This document shows, in pieces, positions 1 to 12,814 of a stretch of DNA of 64,000 nucleotides (positions are counted from its first letter, which is position 1; every line of letters begins with the position of its first letter). The translations under genes were made by a program, and so were the position numbers. The notes beneath the pieces were generated by a model. That model was not told where the DNA came from, did no database searches, and was given only the letters and a program-made list of their open reading frames with translations. The DNA lies in NCBI GenBank assembly GCA_002189035.1, contig NEEC01000013.1, positions 1,736,001-1,800,000 on the forward strand, given 5' to 3'. Origin of the DNA: Utricularia gibba (taxonomy: Eukaryota > Plantae > Magnoliophyta).

Positions 1-9
1 GTGAATCAG

Positions 10-934
10 GAGGGGTGGTGTGATAGCGTTGGCTCCATTGAAGAAATCCAAGCCAAGTTGCTGAAGAGGAAGGAGGCTGCTGCTAAGCGCGAGAGAGCTA
101 TGGCTTATGCTCTTGCAAACCAGGTATCCCACATTGGTTCAAGCATTCTGCTTACCAAAAAAGATTTGCTGGCATGATCTCATACAATCTCGCTTGTTCT
201 CTCACTCAGTAACTCAACACTGTGATGCAGTGGCAGGCTGGGTCGAGGCAACAAGCGGTACCTGCTGGTTTTGAGCCAGATAAAACCACTTGGGGCTGGA
301 ATTGGTTGGAGAGATGGATGGCGGTTCGCCCCTGGGAAAACCGGTTTCTAGACATAAATCTGAAAGATGGGGTGAAGGTGAATGAAAGCGCTGAAAGAAA
401 GACAACCGAGCCATCAACAAGTCAGTCTACCTCAAAAGTAAGCAGACAGGCTGCTCTTAAACCTGCAAATGGAAATGGCCCTTCTCGTTCGAGCAACTCC
501 AATATATCCAATGAGAAGAGAGCAGCCTCGCAATCTGATGGAATCAGTTCCATGGTAGAAGCACCAGCGTCTGGAGCACATTCTAAACCTGTTTTTCGGG
601 ACATGGCTGAGGAAGCCACTTCAAGGCTGAATGTTATTACACGATCAAAGAGCAATCCGAGAGAGAGATCTAATGTTGTCAACAAGCAAGGAAAGCAGCG
701 ATTGTCGCTCCCTGGTAATGGTTAGTCTCTCCAGTTCACTTATCTATCGCATCTCAGCTATTTTTGTTGATGCATTTGACATGACTGCTAGGCCGTGCTG
801 CCCAAACAGCAAAGCAAGTGAACAGAAAGTCACCTAAACGATCTCCTTCAGCCCCGAGATCTGCAGATGTAAAAGCCAAAAGCAGTGAAAACGTTGGAAA
901 GGATGCAAAGCTTAGTCAAAAAACGGATCACTAA
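10..934 (+). CDS. IQ67-domain (IQD) protein, 3' part; the gene begins upstream of the window
   Basis: Exon 10-123 encodes EGWCDSVGSIEEIQAKLLKRKEAAAKRERAMAYALANQ, a typical IQD motif. Exon ~231-721 begins WQAGSRQ and includes WGWNWLERWMAVRPWENR. The last exon ~791-934 ends KTDH*. Borders are GT-AG. Confidence 0.9.
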
Positions 935-1441
935 ACCTTTCTATCACCCCGACAACCTCAGCCCCTTGTCACCAGAAGATTCTTCGGAATGTACATAATT
1001 TGCTGGGACTCATGGAGCAACTGCAGCTACCAAGACACAGCAGAGTTGTTTCTGATATAAGAGGGCTTCTGAATGTCTCCTGGTTTCTTTTAAAAACCAA
1101 AAACACAGCCATATGGTTCATGAGTAATTATTGTGCTGATTCCCTGTAATGTGTGCATTCTTCTTCAGTCAGTCAACCTGTTTTACCCATTACACCTTCC
1201 ATCTCGATTGTAGTTACTAGTTTAATGCTCGGAAGTTCACCAAAGTAATACATAGGTTCATGTAATAAGAAGAAACCTCCTTGTTCAAATTTGGAAGATG
1301 AAAAGTTAATCCAACATTAATTTTCACAATCACGTTTCTCCTCTTGATACATACAGGCAAGATTCTAGAAGTGAAAATAGGGGGTACGCCTCTGCGACTA
1401 GTGCTGGTGAATTCCTTTCCAACCATCAGGTGGAGGGCAGA

Positions 1442-2710
1442 CTACTCAAACTTCTTAATGAGGGAAAGATCGTTCAGCATTTTCTCAATTGCATCATCAT
1501 CATGTGCTCGCCCTTTAGCCTGCATAGTCAAACCACTCAAGATTGAAATAATTTTTGCATCATCACAAACACGAAGAACACAACCCTCATGGTCAAACAA
1601 ACAATAAACAAGCAATAAATGCATAAAACTATTGAAAAAGAACAGATGATGTTACTGCACTAGTGGACCAGAGTCCTGTTTTCCTTTCTTTAGGCAATAA
1701 GTGGTCTTTAGAAGGTGAAAGTCGAAACCTTAGGAGGCTGCAACATATCTTTACCAACTGGATCATGCGCCTACACTTTGATTGGAAGAATTAATGGAAA
1801 GGTACCTTGATGGACGGCACCATGGCTATGGCTTCTTCCACTGTTTCAGGACAAAGGTTCCCAAGCACGCATAGCTGTACATGTTTAACATGATATTTCA
1901 GGATTTGAAAATACACAAACACGATGAGAAGTTGAAATTGTAACAAAGGAGTACCTCGAATTCAGCCAATTTATATCTACTCAGGATTCTGTACTCTAGT
2001 CAAGGTAAACAAGAATTCCCAAATTTCACAAAAGAGACAGCCAAGCATACTCTACTTATCCTGCCTTAGCAACGAAAGGCAACAACACTCATAAAAAGCT
2101 GCACAGCACCAGTATTTTGACCCAATATTGCAATATCATATAAACAGTACACATACTTTAATAAATCTGCTGTACTGAATCTTAATATGCGAGTTTCATC
2201 AAGGATACTCCCGAACTTGTCTGACAGCATCAGGGTTCTTATATCGGCTGAAGCGTTTCACATACTGAAGAGATTTCTCAAAAACCCTGGAAAAATGCCA
2301 AGTTCAATGAATCCCAATGCAATTTTATATTTTTAAATTTCAGATTAAATTGAGACTTCAATACACACAGAAATTGGTCTAAAGAATACGCCTTGAATAA
2401 GATTAAAAAATGTAAGAAATCGGAAATCTAAACCCTAGAGAAATAGCCCTAATCTGTGAAAATCTTTACTTACTGCGAATTTTGGTTCATATAATCATCA
2501 GCCATCTGTTGAAGCTGGTCATTCTTGCGTTCAAGAATTAGGGCAACTTCACAATTCATGAGACATTTCGCCTTCAAAAATTCTGAAAACCAAAAAAACA
2601 GACTCCATCTGAGAATCTCATGTAACAATCCCTTAACCGCTCGACGCAAGAAGATTTGTACCGTCGGGGATTTTGAGCTCCGCCGCGTTTTCGTCTTCCT
2701 CAGCCGACAT
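1442..2710 (-). CDS. NRPB4: DNA-directed RNA polymerase II subunit 4 (6 exons)
   Basis: The spliced translation MSAEEDENAAELKIPD-EFLKAKCLMNCEVALILE...VFEKSLQYVKRFSRYKNPDAVRQVRE-ILSRYKLAEFE-LCVLGNLCPETVEEAIAMVPSIK-AKGRAHDDDAIEKMLNDLSLIKKFE* is near-identical to plant RPB4 as I recall it. Confidence 0.96.
1989..2208 (-). other. U12-type (minor spliceosome) GT-AG intron in RPB4
   Basis: The donor reads GTATCCTTGA, matching the U12 consensus RTATCCTT. A branch-like TACCTTGAC ends about 10 nt before the terminal AG, and there is no polypyrimidine tract. Confidence 0.8.
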
Positions 2711-2812
2711 ATCTTCGCCCGGGAAATCGCAAGACAAACGTTTCCTTACTGGCGTAACTGATCTGTATGGAGGAGTTCGGTATTTTAAGAATAATCAAAA
2801 CCCGACCCGCAC

Positions 2813-2824
2813 GGCCCATGGGCC
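2813..2824. promoter_or_regulatory. Palindromic site II (TCP-type) motif in the RPB4 promoter
   Basis: GGCCCATGGGCC, two head-to-head TGGGCC motifs about 100 nt upstream of the RPB4 ATG. Confidence 0.45.
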
Positions 2825-3284
2825 CGGATTTGTTCCTTTACCAATTTATTGGGTTGAGTCCGGTTTACTTTCGGGTTAACCAGCCTGTGTCTATAGGCCG
2901 GGACCCGTACCCGTACCCGTTGGGAATACCCGGGAAGGAGCAGCAAGACGTTACTACAGAGTACCTTCAACGCTGTGAAGGGTCCCGACAAGGAGAAAAC
3001 ACCCCCACAGGCCACATTTACATGCATAACTTTATACAGAAGAAGAAGACACTCTTCTTTCAGTTCCAGATTAAAACCAAGGTCAAATTCTGTAATGTTC
3101 TCCAGTACCAACCAGAAACGGGGCTGATTCTTTATGCCTACAACTGCTTGAAGCCCAGCCCCTGCTTCACAGAGATGACTAAACAGAGCTGAAGAGATCA
3201 ACATATGGATAAAATTGCCCACCTTTGCGAACAGAGAGATGGGTCCTTACCAGAAAAGAAGCGAATCGTGGAGTCATGGTGAGC

Positions 3285-5076
3285 TTATTGGGATACCATA
3301 GTGGGAGTAGTGTTTGGGGTTGCTCGTGCAGTTTCCTCGATCAACAAAGGTCTGGCAGAAGCAGGAGCCGTTACAGATGGTGCCTCTGTGGGATTGGTGG
3401 TTGTGCTCTGTTCTGTTGTACTCAATGGGGATGAAGAGCTGGAGATCGTTTCCTCTGTGATTTGAAGATGATCCATCATTCTTGAAAGAGTAGTAGTAGT
3501 TTGGGCATTGGGAATGCTTTGATTCCCCTCCCTGGTAACATCAGGGGTGCATCAGCAGAACTGTTTCGTGCAAAAAGTCGCTCCTTCCAACTCCTTGTAC
3601 TCTTTGAGATACTCTCCTTGTATCTGTTGATTTAATGAAACGAAGCTTAATGGTGGAAAGGAAACTAACTGTTTCCACACTATAAACACTTGTTACAGAA
3701 GATTTTCTTACCTTGTTGAGAGTGCAGTAAGGCGAGTCTTCAGGGTATCAGGGAATGAATGCAAATCAGAAGGCCCAGCTCTATCCTGACTACTAGGTGA
3801 AGTAGCAGCATTAGTCCTCCTAAATTAGAACATTCAGTCGACACGCAGAAGAACAGCCTTGATATGGATTTCTGAATCTCCAAAATCAAATGTTCATAAG
3901 TAGAAATAAATACCAATTGTTCGACATGTATCCATGTTGGCCTGCTCCTGCACTTGATACAGAACTTGCAGCCTCAGGCATGTCACCCTGTGTTGGAGGA
4001 GGCTGTTGGGTGAGATTTGAAGACTCCTCGGTAGCACCCATTCGAGAAGTATTCGGACCAGTTATCAGCACGGGGTTGTTGCCTTCCCTTTGAGGAAAAG
4101 GAAGGGGAGTTGTAGAAGCTTCAGACGCACTGTTAGCATGAGTTGAGAGAACCAGGTAATGAGGTCGGCCTTGAGACGATGACCTGGTTCGCCCTTCTCG
4201 ACTAGCAAGCTGGCGAGCTCTTCCCATGGCAGCTGCAGCAGCCAAGTGCTGAATTATGCGCTCTTCTAGCTCGGTCTCACTTGCATTAACTGGCAACTGA
4301 AAAAGAGCGGAGAGATGAAAAAACCATATGGAAACGTGTATGAAACAAGAAGTTTTTGAGTGGTGACAAACATGCTGCAACTCGAAGTCTCCCAGCGTCG
4401 GGTGGTGGAATATAGTTGTACTTCTCGGAGGATTCATCCGTAGGTTCCTTTCGTGCTCCACAGCCTCCAGCAACTCCTGGCTGAGAAAATAAAAAAGGGC
4501 AAGTAAGAGGGTGGATGTAATGAATCCTGAACAAGGAGAGCTAAGAAATAGAGAGATGGAATGATCCATATACCAGCCAGGATCCTTCAAGCTGATGTGC
4601 TGCCAACACATTGGGCATTGGGAGCTTCTCTGGCACCTAGAAACTCATTTCAAAGCATCAGAAACTTTTTAACAGGAGACTGGATTATGAAAACACTTTG
4701 TAATTAGAAAAGAAGAAACGTATCAGGCCCCAAAAACCAAGACGGTCAATGGAACAAAAAAACCACCTTGGTTTGTCTCAAGATCTACTCTTTATTCAGA
4801 ATCATAAAACAAGCACATACCATTCAAGAACACACTGAAGATGAAATTCATGCTTGCAACCGGTGAGCTGCAATTTATCAGAAACATGATTTGGCATTTG
4901 AAAACTGCGTTCCGTGAAAGCCAAATTAAGAATCCCAGGCATACCGTTGAAGGGTCACTGTCACAAAAGGGTTCGAGGCATATACTACATGCATCATCAC
5001 ATGCATCCTGGATCCCCCCTTCTACAAAAGCTGCAGCTGAAGTTAATTGGTTCTCGGACACCTTACTCTCATCCAT
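3285..5076 (-). CDS. RHF2A: RING-H2 E3 ubiquitin ligase RHF2A-like, with an apparent -1 frameshift in the last exon at 3544-3547
   Basis: Motifs TSAAAFVEGGIQDACDDACSICLEPFCDSDPST, CPMCWQHISLKDP, QELLEAVEHERN, HPTLGDFELQH, EERIIQHLAAAAAMGRAR and YKESISKSTRSWKERLF. The conserved SRMMD/ExL lies in a shifted frame. The 5' UTR exon is upstream (~5790-6060). Confidence 0.9.
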
Positions 5077-6437
5077 CTGATAGGGAAATCAAAGACAAAA
5101 TGCATCCCAAATCAAGTAAAGCGGATGCAGTTAGATAACTATAACACGTTGAACCCGTCCAAAAGAAATCAAAACCACTTTCAAAAAGCGAAGAACTATG
5201 ATTTTCATTAGCATAGAATGCATCTTCAAATTTTGACTTCCACCCGTGATTAGAGAATGACAAATGAAGTCAAAACACTTGAGGGGTGATCAGTAAGTTA
5301 ACGAAAACTTGAAAAAACGAATACTTTGCATGGGATCAACAGCAGAAGCAAGCAAGCCGCTGAAAAGATCATACAAAATCACGAAAACTTCATTCCATGC
5401 TAGGAATCTGATGATACTAGCAATTTATAGGATATCTGCGCTAAAAGATCTCCCACTACCATCAGCCAGAAGCTCACCAACCAGTACCAGTATGAGTTAT
5501 CCATAGAAAAACTCGCCTTTAGCGCAAACAAAGGCATAACACAGAAAAAGCATGAAAGCAATCAAAAGGATCATCAACCCAAAAAAGTGACTAAACCCAC
5601 AATTTTCCATTTCACAATCTCCCCGCTAAAAATATTAAACAAAAAAAAACCAGTAAAATCTCAACTTCCACCCCACCAGAAATTTCACACAATCATCGAC
5701 AATCTTCAAAACCCGGTACGCATAAACCTATCCACACCTCAAAAAAAAATTAAATTCCCAAAGAAATATCACCTCAACCAACGGAATTCATAAAGCCCTC
5801 TCTAAAGCCGCAGCAGGCTCCCACCCAGAACGGAGAAGAAACAGGGAAGAGCCAGCAGACCGGCGGTCAACAACGTAGCACAGAAAAGGGTTCTCAGAAG
5901 CATCAGCGCCTTCAGGGGTAGCCAGAATAGGCGAAAATAATGCAAGTACAAAGCAAAAAAAGAAGAAATTCTGTTGGGGGACTTTTGAGAATAATTTCAA
6001 TCTCTTCTCCTTTTTCCTCCCCTTCTCTTTTTATGACGGTATTAAGACTCCACCAACGTCACCGCGCCCACACTGACGAACAGCGCAGGACAGAACTCCC
6101 ACCCCGTTGCAGATAACTCCCTCCTCACAATTCTGACACGCAGAGGGTCCGTCGTTTACGGAAACCAATTGCCGTAATATCTTAATTTATTTCTTCTCAC
6201 TGTTGACTCAGAAATTTGATGAACACAAAGTTGACTCAACTCAAAATTAGATTAATTTATTCATTTTTATTTTATCTCATGCTTTCAAAATTATAACAAA
6301 TCCCACATTCGAAAATAAACGAAAAATATTCTAATTTATAAAAAATAAACTGCATGCATGCAGTATTTCAAAATGATGAGTCTAATTAATCATACACTTT
6401 TGATGATTCAAACTTCAGCTGGTTCCTGAAAGAGCAA

Positions 6438-7283
6438 CTAATTTGATGGATTTGAAGGAAAGAAGAAGGAAAAGGGATTGCACCTGTTCTGAGTATCACC
6501 ACGGCTGCTGTTGCCACTGGAGCCGCTTGGAATTCTGATTCTATGACTCGAGGTACTGCGAGCATTGCTGCTAGCTCGAGAAGGGAGCTCGACACGGCAA
6601 ACAGGGCATGAGTTGTGTTCCACCAGCCACGGGATGATGCAGTTGGAGTGGTAGATATGTTCGCATGGCATCTGTCTGGCTTTAGAACCCAACTCGAATT
6701 TGTCTTGGCACACAGGACAGTGAGCATCTGCGTTTATATGCCTCTGAGTGATCTTGATTGTCGGCATTGCTCTGATAGCGGATCGGGGAGCTGGAGGAGG
6801 GCCTCGTCTTTCGTTGATGCTAAGTTGTTCAAAGAGCTCCTGCAAACCATCTGCAAGGAAACCATCACTGACGTTAGTCGGCCTCGCCCCATTCCATGCT
6901 TATTGCTGAAAAAATGACTATGACTCTGTGACAGGGGCACCATTTGACTGACCATGAAATATCAGCAACCGAGATCTGGGACCAGGACCAACACTCCTTC
7001 GAGATTGCATCATCAATGACCTCGATCTGATGTCAAAATTGGGACGCCTTCCAGCCATTCTACGCCTCACGATTTCAGAGAATGCATCCATAATATCCAG
7101 TCCTGGGTCCTGGATTGGTTCCCCTATGCCAAGTACAGAAAGATGAGGAGCATTGCTGTCCACAATCCCATGCAGCTCTTCAACGAAACCTTCATCACAA
7201 TACGGGCAAGACAAAGGACGTCCTTGTGGTCGAATCGGTCCGCTGCAGTGATAGCACCAGTGTGTGTTTCCACCACTCGACAT
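6438..7283 (-). CDS. Zinc-ribbon plus RING-H2 E3 ligase (RZF1/RING1-like); two in-frame stops fall inside a predicted 102-nt intron (6851-6952)
   Basis: N-terminus THWCYHCSGPIRPQGRPLSCPYCDEGFVEEL. C-terminus GLQELFEQLS...RRGPPPAPRS...CPVCQDKFELGSKARQMPCEHIYHSNCIIPWLVEHNSCPVCR. Both halves are in the same frame, separated by TAG and TAA. Confidence 0.8.
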
Positions 7284-8371
7284 GCTTTATGTGACCAAAT
7301 TCTAGAATTGAAAGCTCCGTCTCTATCTCATCACACCCAATATGAACCTGCACCAAATCTCGTTCATTCGGAAGTAACAGCAAACAGGAAAAAAAAAACT
7401 CAAGAAACAGCTTATATAAAAACCACACGAGCTTCTTAATCTCATGCAATCATTATGCGTAATCCCAGTCAACAACAATTCCTTCCATGCGTTCCACAAT
7501 CACAAAAAATAGATAAATACTCTTCGATTTCCCGATAGACACCACGAAAAACACCTAAACCAATGGCAAAAACCAGTGCCTCAAAAAACAAAAAAAAACC
7601 AACAGAATACACGAAGCAAACATCAAACACCTCAGAAGAACTCGAGGAACAAATCGACAAGAAAGAAATCTTAGGAAATAGAGCTAAATTAACCAGATAA
7701 CAGCGCTGAATTGACTCCAAAACATCGAGAAATCTGCCATCCTCGAGATCAGGTACCCGGTTTCTGAAAATTCGTGATTTCACGGTGGCACATGGCGAGT
7801 AACGGGGACCGTCATTGCCTATTCAAATCACCCAGGGGCACAAACGTAATTATCTACAAACACGCACGCTCCTGGATCTGATCTCTCTTTACTTGCCGTT
7901 CGCATTGGAGGGTTTCACGATACTTTTCGAAATTAAAAATTCAAGCAAAATAATATATTTTTTTACGATTGAAATCCCAAAAAATATCATTCAAAATCAA
8001 TATTAATGTACAAATCATCATTTTAAAACTAAAAAAAACTATGAACTATGATTAAATCGTTTTAAATTTAATAATTGTTCATAGTTTTTTTTATGAATAA
8101 TTCATAATTTACAGTAATTTAACTATAGCAGACAGCACATCAAGGCACCTGATAACCATATAAAGATGGATTACACAAATGTATGTACTTCCGTACCATT
8201 GAAACAAATGTATATAATCTTACATAAAAAATCACAAATGAATCCTTTCCAAAAGCTACCAACATCACTCACTGATACAAAGACTGGGAAACTATGAGAG
8301 GGAATTTCAGAGGAGAAAAATGTGGCCTGGTTTACCAGTTTGTAGCAGCCAGTTTTTTGGTTCAAGCTTCA

Positions 8372-9725
8372 TCATTTTGTTGCCTGAGCAATGATGTTGG
8401 ATATTGAGCTCTCTTGCTCCTTTGCTGCCTCGACGAGGGAATCCTGGAGACGAAGAGCGATTCAGCGTCGTCGTAGATCAACAATAGTTCCAAGAATGTC
8501 CGGTGGAAACATACCTGTGCAGCCACTAGACGTGCTACGATTTTCTTACTGGATTCTTGAAGTTCACCAGCTATCAGAACTTCATCCAGTATATAATATG
8601 CCTGTAGCATTGCATCATAAACATGGATAGAAAATTGTTGGTTACAGAAGCCAGAGCGTATACATTGCCGGAGAATGACAGAAGCATACCTTGTGGAAGT
8701 TAAAGATCAAATCTAGTTCACAGACCTTCAGGCCAAAGGAAGAGAACAAAGAAGAATTATGATGTTGGACATGCAGCAAACAGCAGGGAATAAAGGGTAT
8801 TTGTTTCGGTGCTTACACTTCCAAAGTAGCGGTCTAATATCTCGACATAGTAATGGATGATTTCAAGGACTTCCAACTCATTGTCGTCTTGATCAATACA
8901 CATGCAGAAGTAAAGGCTTGCATACCTTCGGAATAGGCCATAACAAACACTTTTGAGCCGATGAAGGAGAACCAAAGATGATGGAAAGGGGGCCAATAGA
9001 TATTGACAAGTTTTGCTGAAGGCTGGAGGAGTGACGGTTACCTTTTGTACACAACTTTGTATCCTCTCCAATCCACAAAGTTGCATAACTTGGGGCCTCG
9101 AGTGAGTATCATACCACTGAGCTCCCGAATGACCTTTGGAAATCGGGTAGTTTTCAAGAACATAGGTTATGCATCAAAATCCGACAACAAGAATTTCTGT
9201 CGAAGTTTAAGTGATATTCTGATGCTATACCTTTGTCCTTTCCTTCTGTGTGTAAGGGGAATACCATTTTGTCAACCTTACTTTCCCTTGTCTGCTTACG
9301 AGGAGAACGAAATGAATCTGCGGCAAGCATACGATTCAAAAAATACACCAGAAAAGTAGTATCATATCAGCAGCACAATCAATCCCAGGGGGTGAAGCCA
9401 CTACAGTACAAAATTGAAAATAACGACCGTGTGCCGACATTCCGATGAGCATTTCTACATTTCACTTACAAACTTTGCGAGAACACAACAAATAACATCC
9501 GTTTAGGCAAGGAGTCACCCATGAAATTAACGGAAACCTAGAGAAAATAAACCAGATGGATCAATCCGACCATCGGTAACTCGTCCAGATCTGATTGATC
9601 AATCTAAATCGCGTGATGCGTCAAATCCTCAGAGAAAGTAAAAAGAAAAAACACAACCGCTGTAGAAACCTAAACTAATAAAACAGATTGCTGGAAAACC
9701 AGATAATCCAAAACACGCTTACCAT
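8372..9725 (-). CDS. AP1S: AP-1 adaptor complex sigma subunit
   Basis: An ATG-only first exon is followed by [36 protein letters not shown]...[85 protein letters not shown] and [10 protein letters not shown]...QATK*. Confidence 0.95.
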
Positions 9726-10144
9726 GGCGGCGGAGATCGGCGGCGCTGGAGATCGAAAACTGCTTTCTTTTTCGTCTCCGGTTATTGCCTCAACGGTCTT
9801 CTAACCTTATGGTTTTTGTAATATAGAATTACGATTGTACCCTTCGTTAAAAAAGGAACATGCGTCCCTTTCGAATTTCCGAATATTATTATGAGATCAA
9901 TAAATATTATAAAACTGCACAATAATTAATAATTATTGGCATTGAAGTCATTTTTTATTGGACGAAAAAGAATAAATTTACGGTATTGCGTATTTATTCA
10001 ATAAAAAAATAAAATAAAATTCAAGACCTCTCTTTGAAGAAGAACCATCTTCCTCAAAGCTTCAAGGATGAAAGAATACTTACAGGGGGGAAAAAGTAAA
10101 CCACTCGTAATTACACCATGAAGGATGATGCTTCTTGAGCCACT

Positions 10145-12814
10145 TCACTGAGCTAATTTCCAATGAATCACGTACCGGAAAGCCGTCGTCGGCTCGATCC
10201 AGTATATGTTCTTTTCGAGCCGGCCGGACTTCACAAGTTTCCTGATTGCCTTCTGTTGATCCTCTGAAATGCAGCTGTTGATCGTCTCTACAAGGTCAGC
10301 TGTGGTGAGAGACATGTCCTTGGCATAGTTTCTCAGCTTCTTGGGAAGATAAAGTTTGGTCTGGTTCTGAAGGTAGACTGTGGATCGTAAGAACTCTTCC
10401 TTGGCAACTTTGAGATCATCAAATATGGTCTTGGCGGAGTAAACTCGAACCTGCAGGTAGCCATTTCGTACTTCTGGTATTGAGATCGAATGAGAGGAAT
10501 GGAGTGAGTATGTCAGCTTACTGCAGGATCGGTTGCCATGCCGGAGCAAAGCGCGAAATGAACGAGTGGTTCAGGATACTCCATTGCGTATGGATGATCC
10601 ATCTTGAGCTTTCTCCCTGGTGGCAGCAACGTCTGAAGCCACTGCATTTGAGACAACAACGCAGTACAGTTCATGGGATCTCCAATGTACAATTTTACGT
10701 CACTTCCCTTCTGGAGCAGGTTGCACAGATGAAGAACTTGAGGAAGAAGAGAGATACCTGTGCGGATGAGTGAGCTTTGATTCTCAGAATGCAGCTTTGT
10801 ATGTCGCATGCGTTTAAACACTTCCCACCAATGATATATGAAGCCTGTAAGTTGTTGCAAATAGAGATGCTCAGAACCGGCCAAGATTTCACAAATATGC
10901 AGTGATACAGCAAAGCAACATTTCCTCTCCTGTACCTTCATTACTGAATTGTTTCTGATGTAGCCGTGAGTCCCATATGCTAGATATCCCTGCCAAAGAG
11001 CAAACTTTGTCATGCTCAAAAGGAAGAAACTGCATATCTGCGTAAACGGATCGCACTTTGAATTTTTCGATGCTTCGATCAACCAAAATGTAAAATTTAT
11101 GAAATGGGGTTCTTCAGTTAACACAAGATATCAAGATTGCATTGTGGATAGCATACATACATGCATCACCAATGCATTGTGGATATTAATCCAAAAGGCA
11201 AGTTTCTCCTCACGGCTCATCTTTGTCGGATTGACGAACTCAAGACTCTTTACTAAGGACCTGCATAGCTTTGAGACATCAGCAAAAAGAAAAACATTGC
11301 CTAAGCATGAATAAAACATTGGCTTAAATGCAAGGAGATGCTGAAAATACATTTTTCATAGACGTAACCAAAGATAACCTGAAGTTCTGAAGCATCTTAG
11401 CAGCATAGTTGTAGCTTTCCTTATCTAAAGCTAGCCTTGAAACTTCAAGCATTGATGAGTACGGCCCCTTTTCTCGTAGTAGGCACTCGGAGTTAGGGAG
11501 TTCATCTGCTTCATCAGTTAATTGAGGACTCCAACTATTTCTCGGTGAAAAAGTGCCAGAGGAGCAGTATGAGGAATTGGAAGAAATTGAATAGCCATTT
11601 CTTGTTTTTTTTGGATTGGATAACTTGCAGTAGATGGAAGCTATACATCTGATGATGTCCTCAGAAAGTCTATTAGGAGAAACCCGAGCAGCAGGATACT
11701 CAAGATGGTCTGCTAGACTCGCATGATGACCATGAGCACCCTTCATATCCTGCAGTTAGTCCTCATCTGAATAAGATTAGCTAAACCAAGGCCCTTACAA
11801 AAGGAAAACAAGAATATGGAGAAGAACCTCGAATAAGATTTTCAAGCTTAGAAAACACAATATAAAACCACAGTAATTTATTCATCATTTTGATATTACA
11901 TCAAAAAAGTAAAAACAGAGTTGAGATCTAGCATATCAAGAGCATGAAAATATAACCTTTTCTCTTGTTAATTCTGAAGAAACATCAAGAGAAATATCTT
12001 TTCGTGGTGTCAACAAGCTATTGACTTGAATGCCGCCATCTGTTTCTGAAATTTCTGATTTCCTTTGGACGAATGGTAGATCAGTGGAGCACCTTGGAGC
12101 AACCACGTTAACATGGTGCAGATGCTTAGTGTCATCTATAGCTGCAGATGGAAGGTACTGTTGAAAAGCTGTCCGGTAGAGAGTAAGCAGATGCCTTTCT
12201 AAATGCATAATCTCTTCTTCGAGAGTAGTGATTTCTTCCATCAGTTTTACAGAAGGCTGAAGCCAAAACCAATTAACAAGTCAAGCAAGGAAACAAACCG
12301 AAAAAATGGAAAAATAACAAAAGTTTATATAAGCAGCCCCACGTAGGCTTGGTTCTCCTATTGATTTTCCATGGAAATTCTACGATGAAATTTGGATTGA
12401 TACGAGCATGCACTACAAATTCACACAGAACTCCTAAGGGGTAGCTGATCCGTCACCCTCTTAACAGGATTCAAAATGAAAACAGAAAGCAAAGGAGACA
12501 ATCATCATCACTACGGATTTGTGCTGTGGCATCTGCATTTTCATTAATGATAAGAAAATCTATTCAAAATTTTAAACTCCTCGATAAATACTGATTTCAT
12601 GTTTGTAATCAGATTCCTAACAACAAAACACCGGAAATAACATACATGATGCAGCATAGAAATATGACGCTACATTCAGAAAGAAATATCAAATACAGAC
12701 GTGTTTCAAGCGAATAGGAAGCCTTGGCGTCATGTTAAGTATATTGTGATCCTCTGTCATCTCACTACTGCGCAGAGACGTAGAAGCACCCGAAGAAGGA
12801 GAGAAGCTACTCAT
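10145..12814 (-). CDS. DUF547 / MIP1 leucine-zipper family protein; 5' exons approximate
   Basis: Motifs EEITTLEEEIMHLERHLLTLYRTAF, SPNRLSEDIIRCIASIYCKLS, EEKLAFWINIHNALVMH, EPLVHFALCSG and VRVYSAKTIFDDLKVAKEEFL. The start is inferred from MSSFSPSSG...MTPR at 12814. Confidence 0.88.

Noticed and set aside
124-230. IQD intron with donor GTATCCCA as a possible second U12 intron
   Set aside because: The donor deviates from RTATCCTT and no CCTTRAC branch site lies near the acceptor.
3886-4611. 241-aa continuous ORF
   Set aside because: It is RHF2A exons read through stop-free, in-frame introns, not a separate gene.
8031-8092. 16-bp perfect inverted repeat (A8-CTATGAAC / GTTCATAG-T8)
   Set aside because: Half of the stem is homopolymer in very AT-rich DNA, with no TSD or second copy seen.
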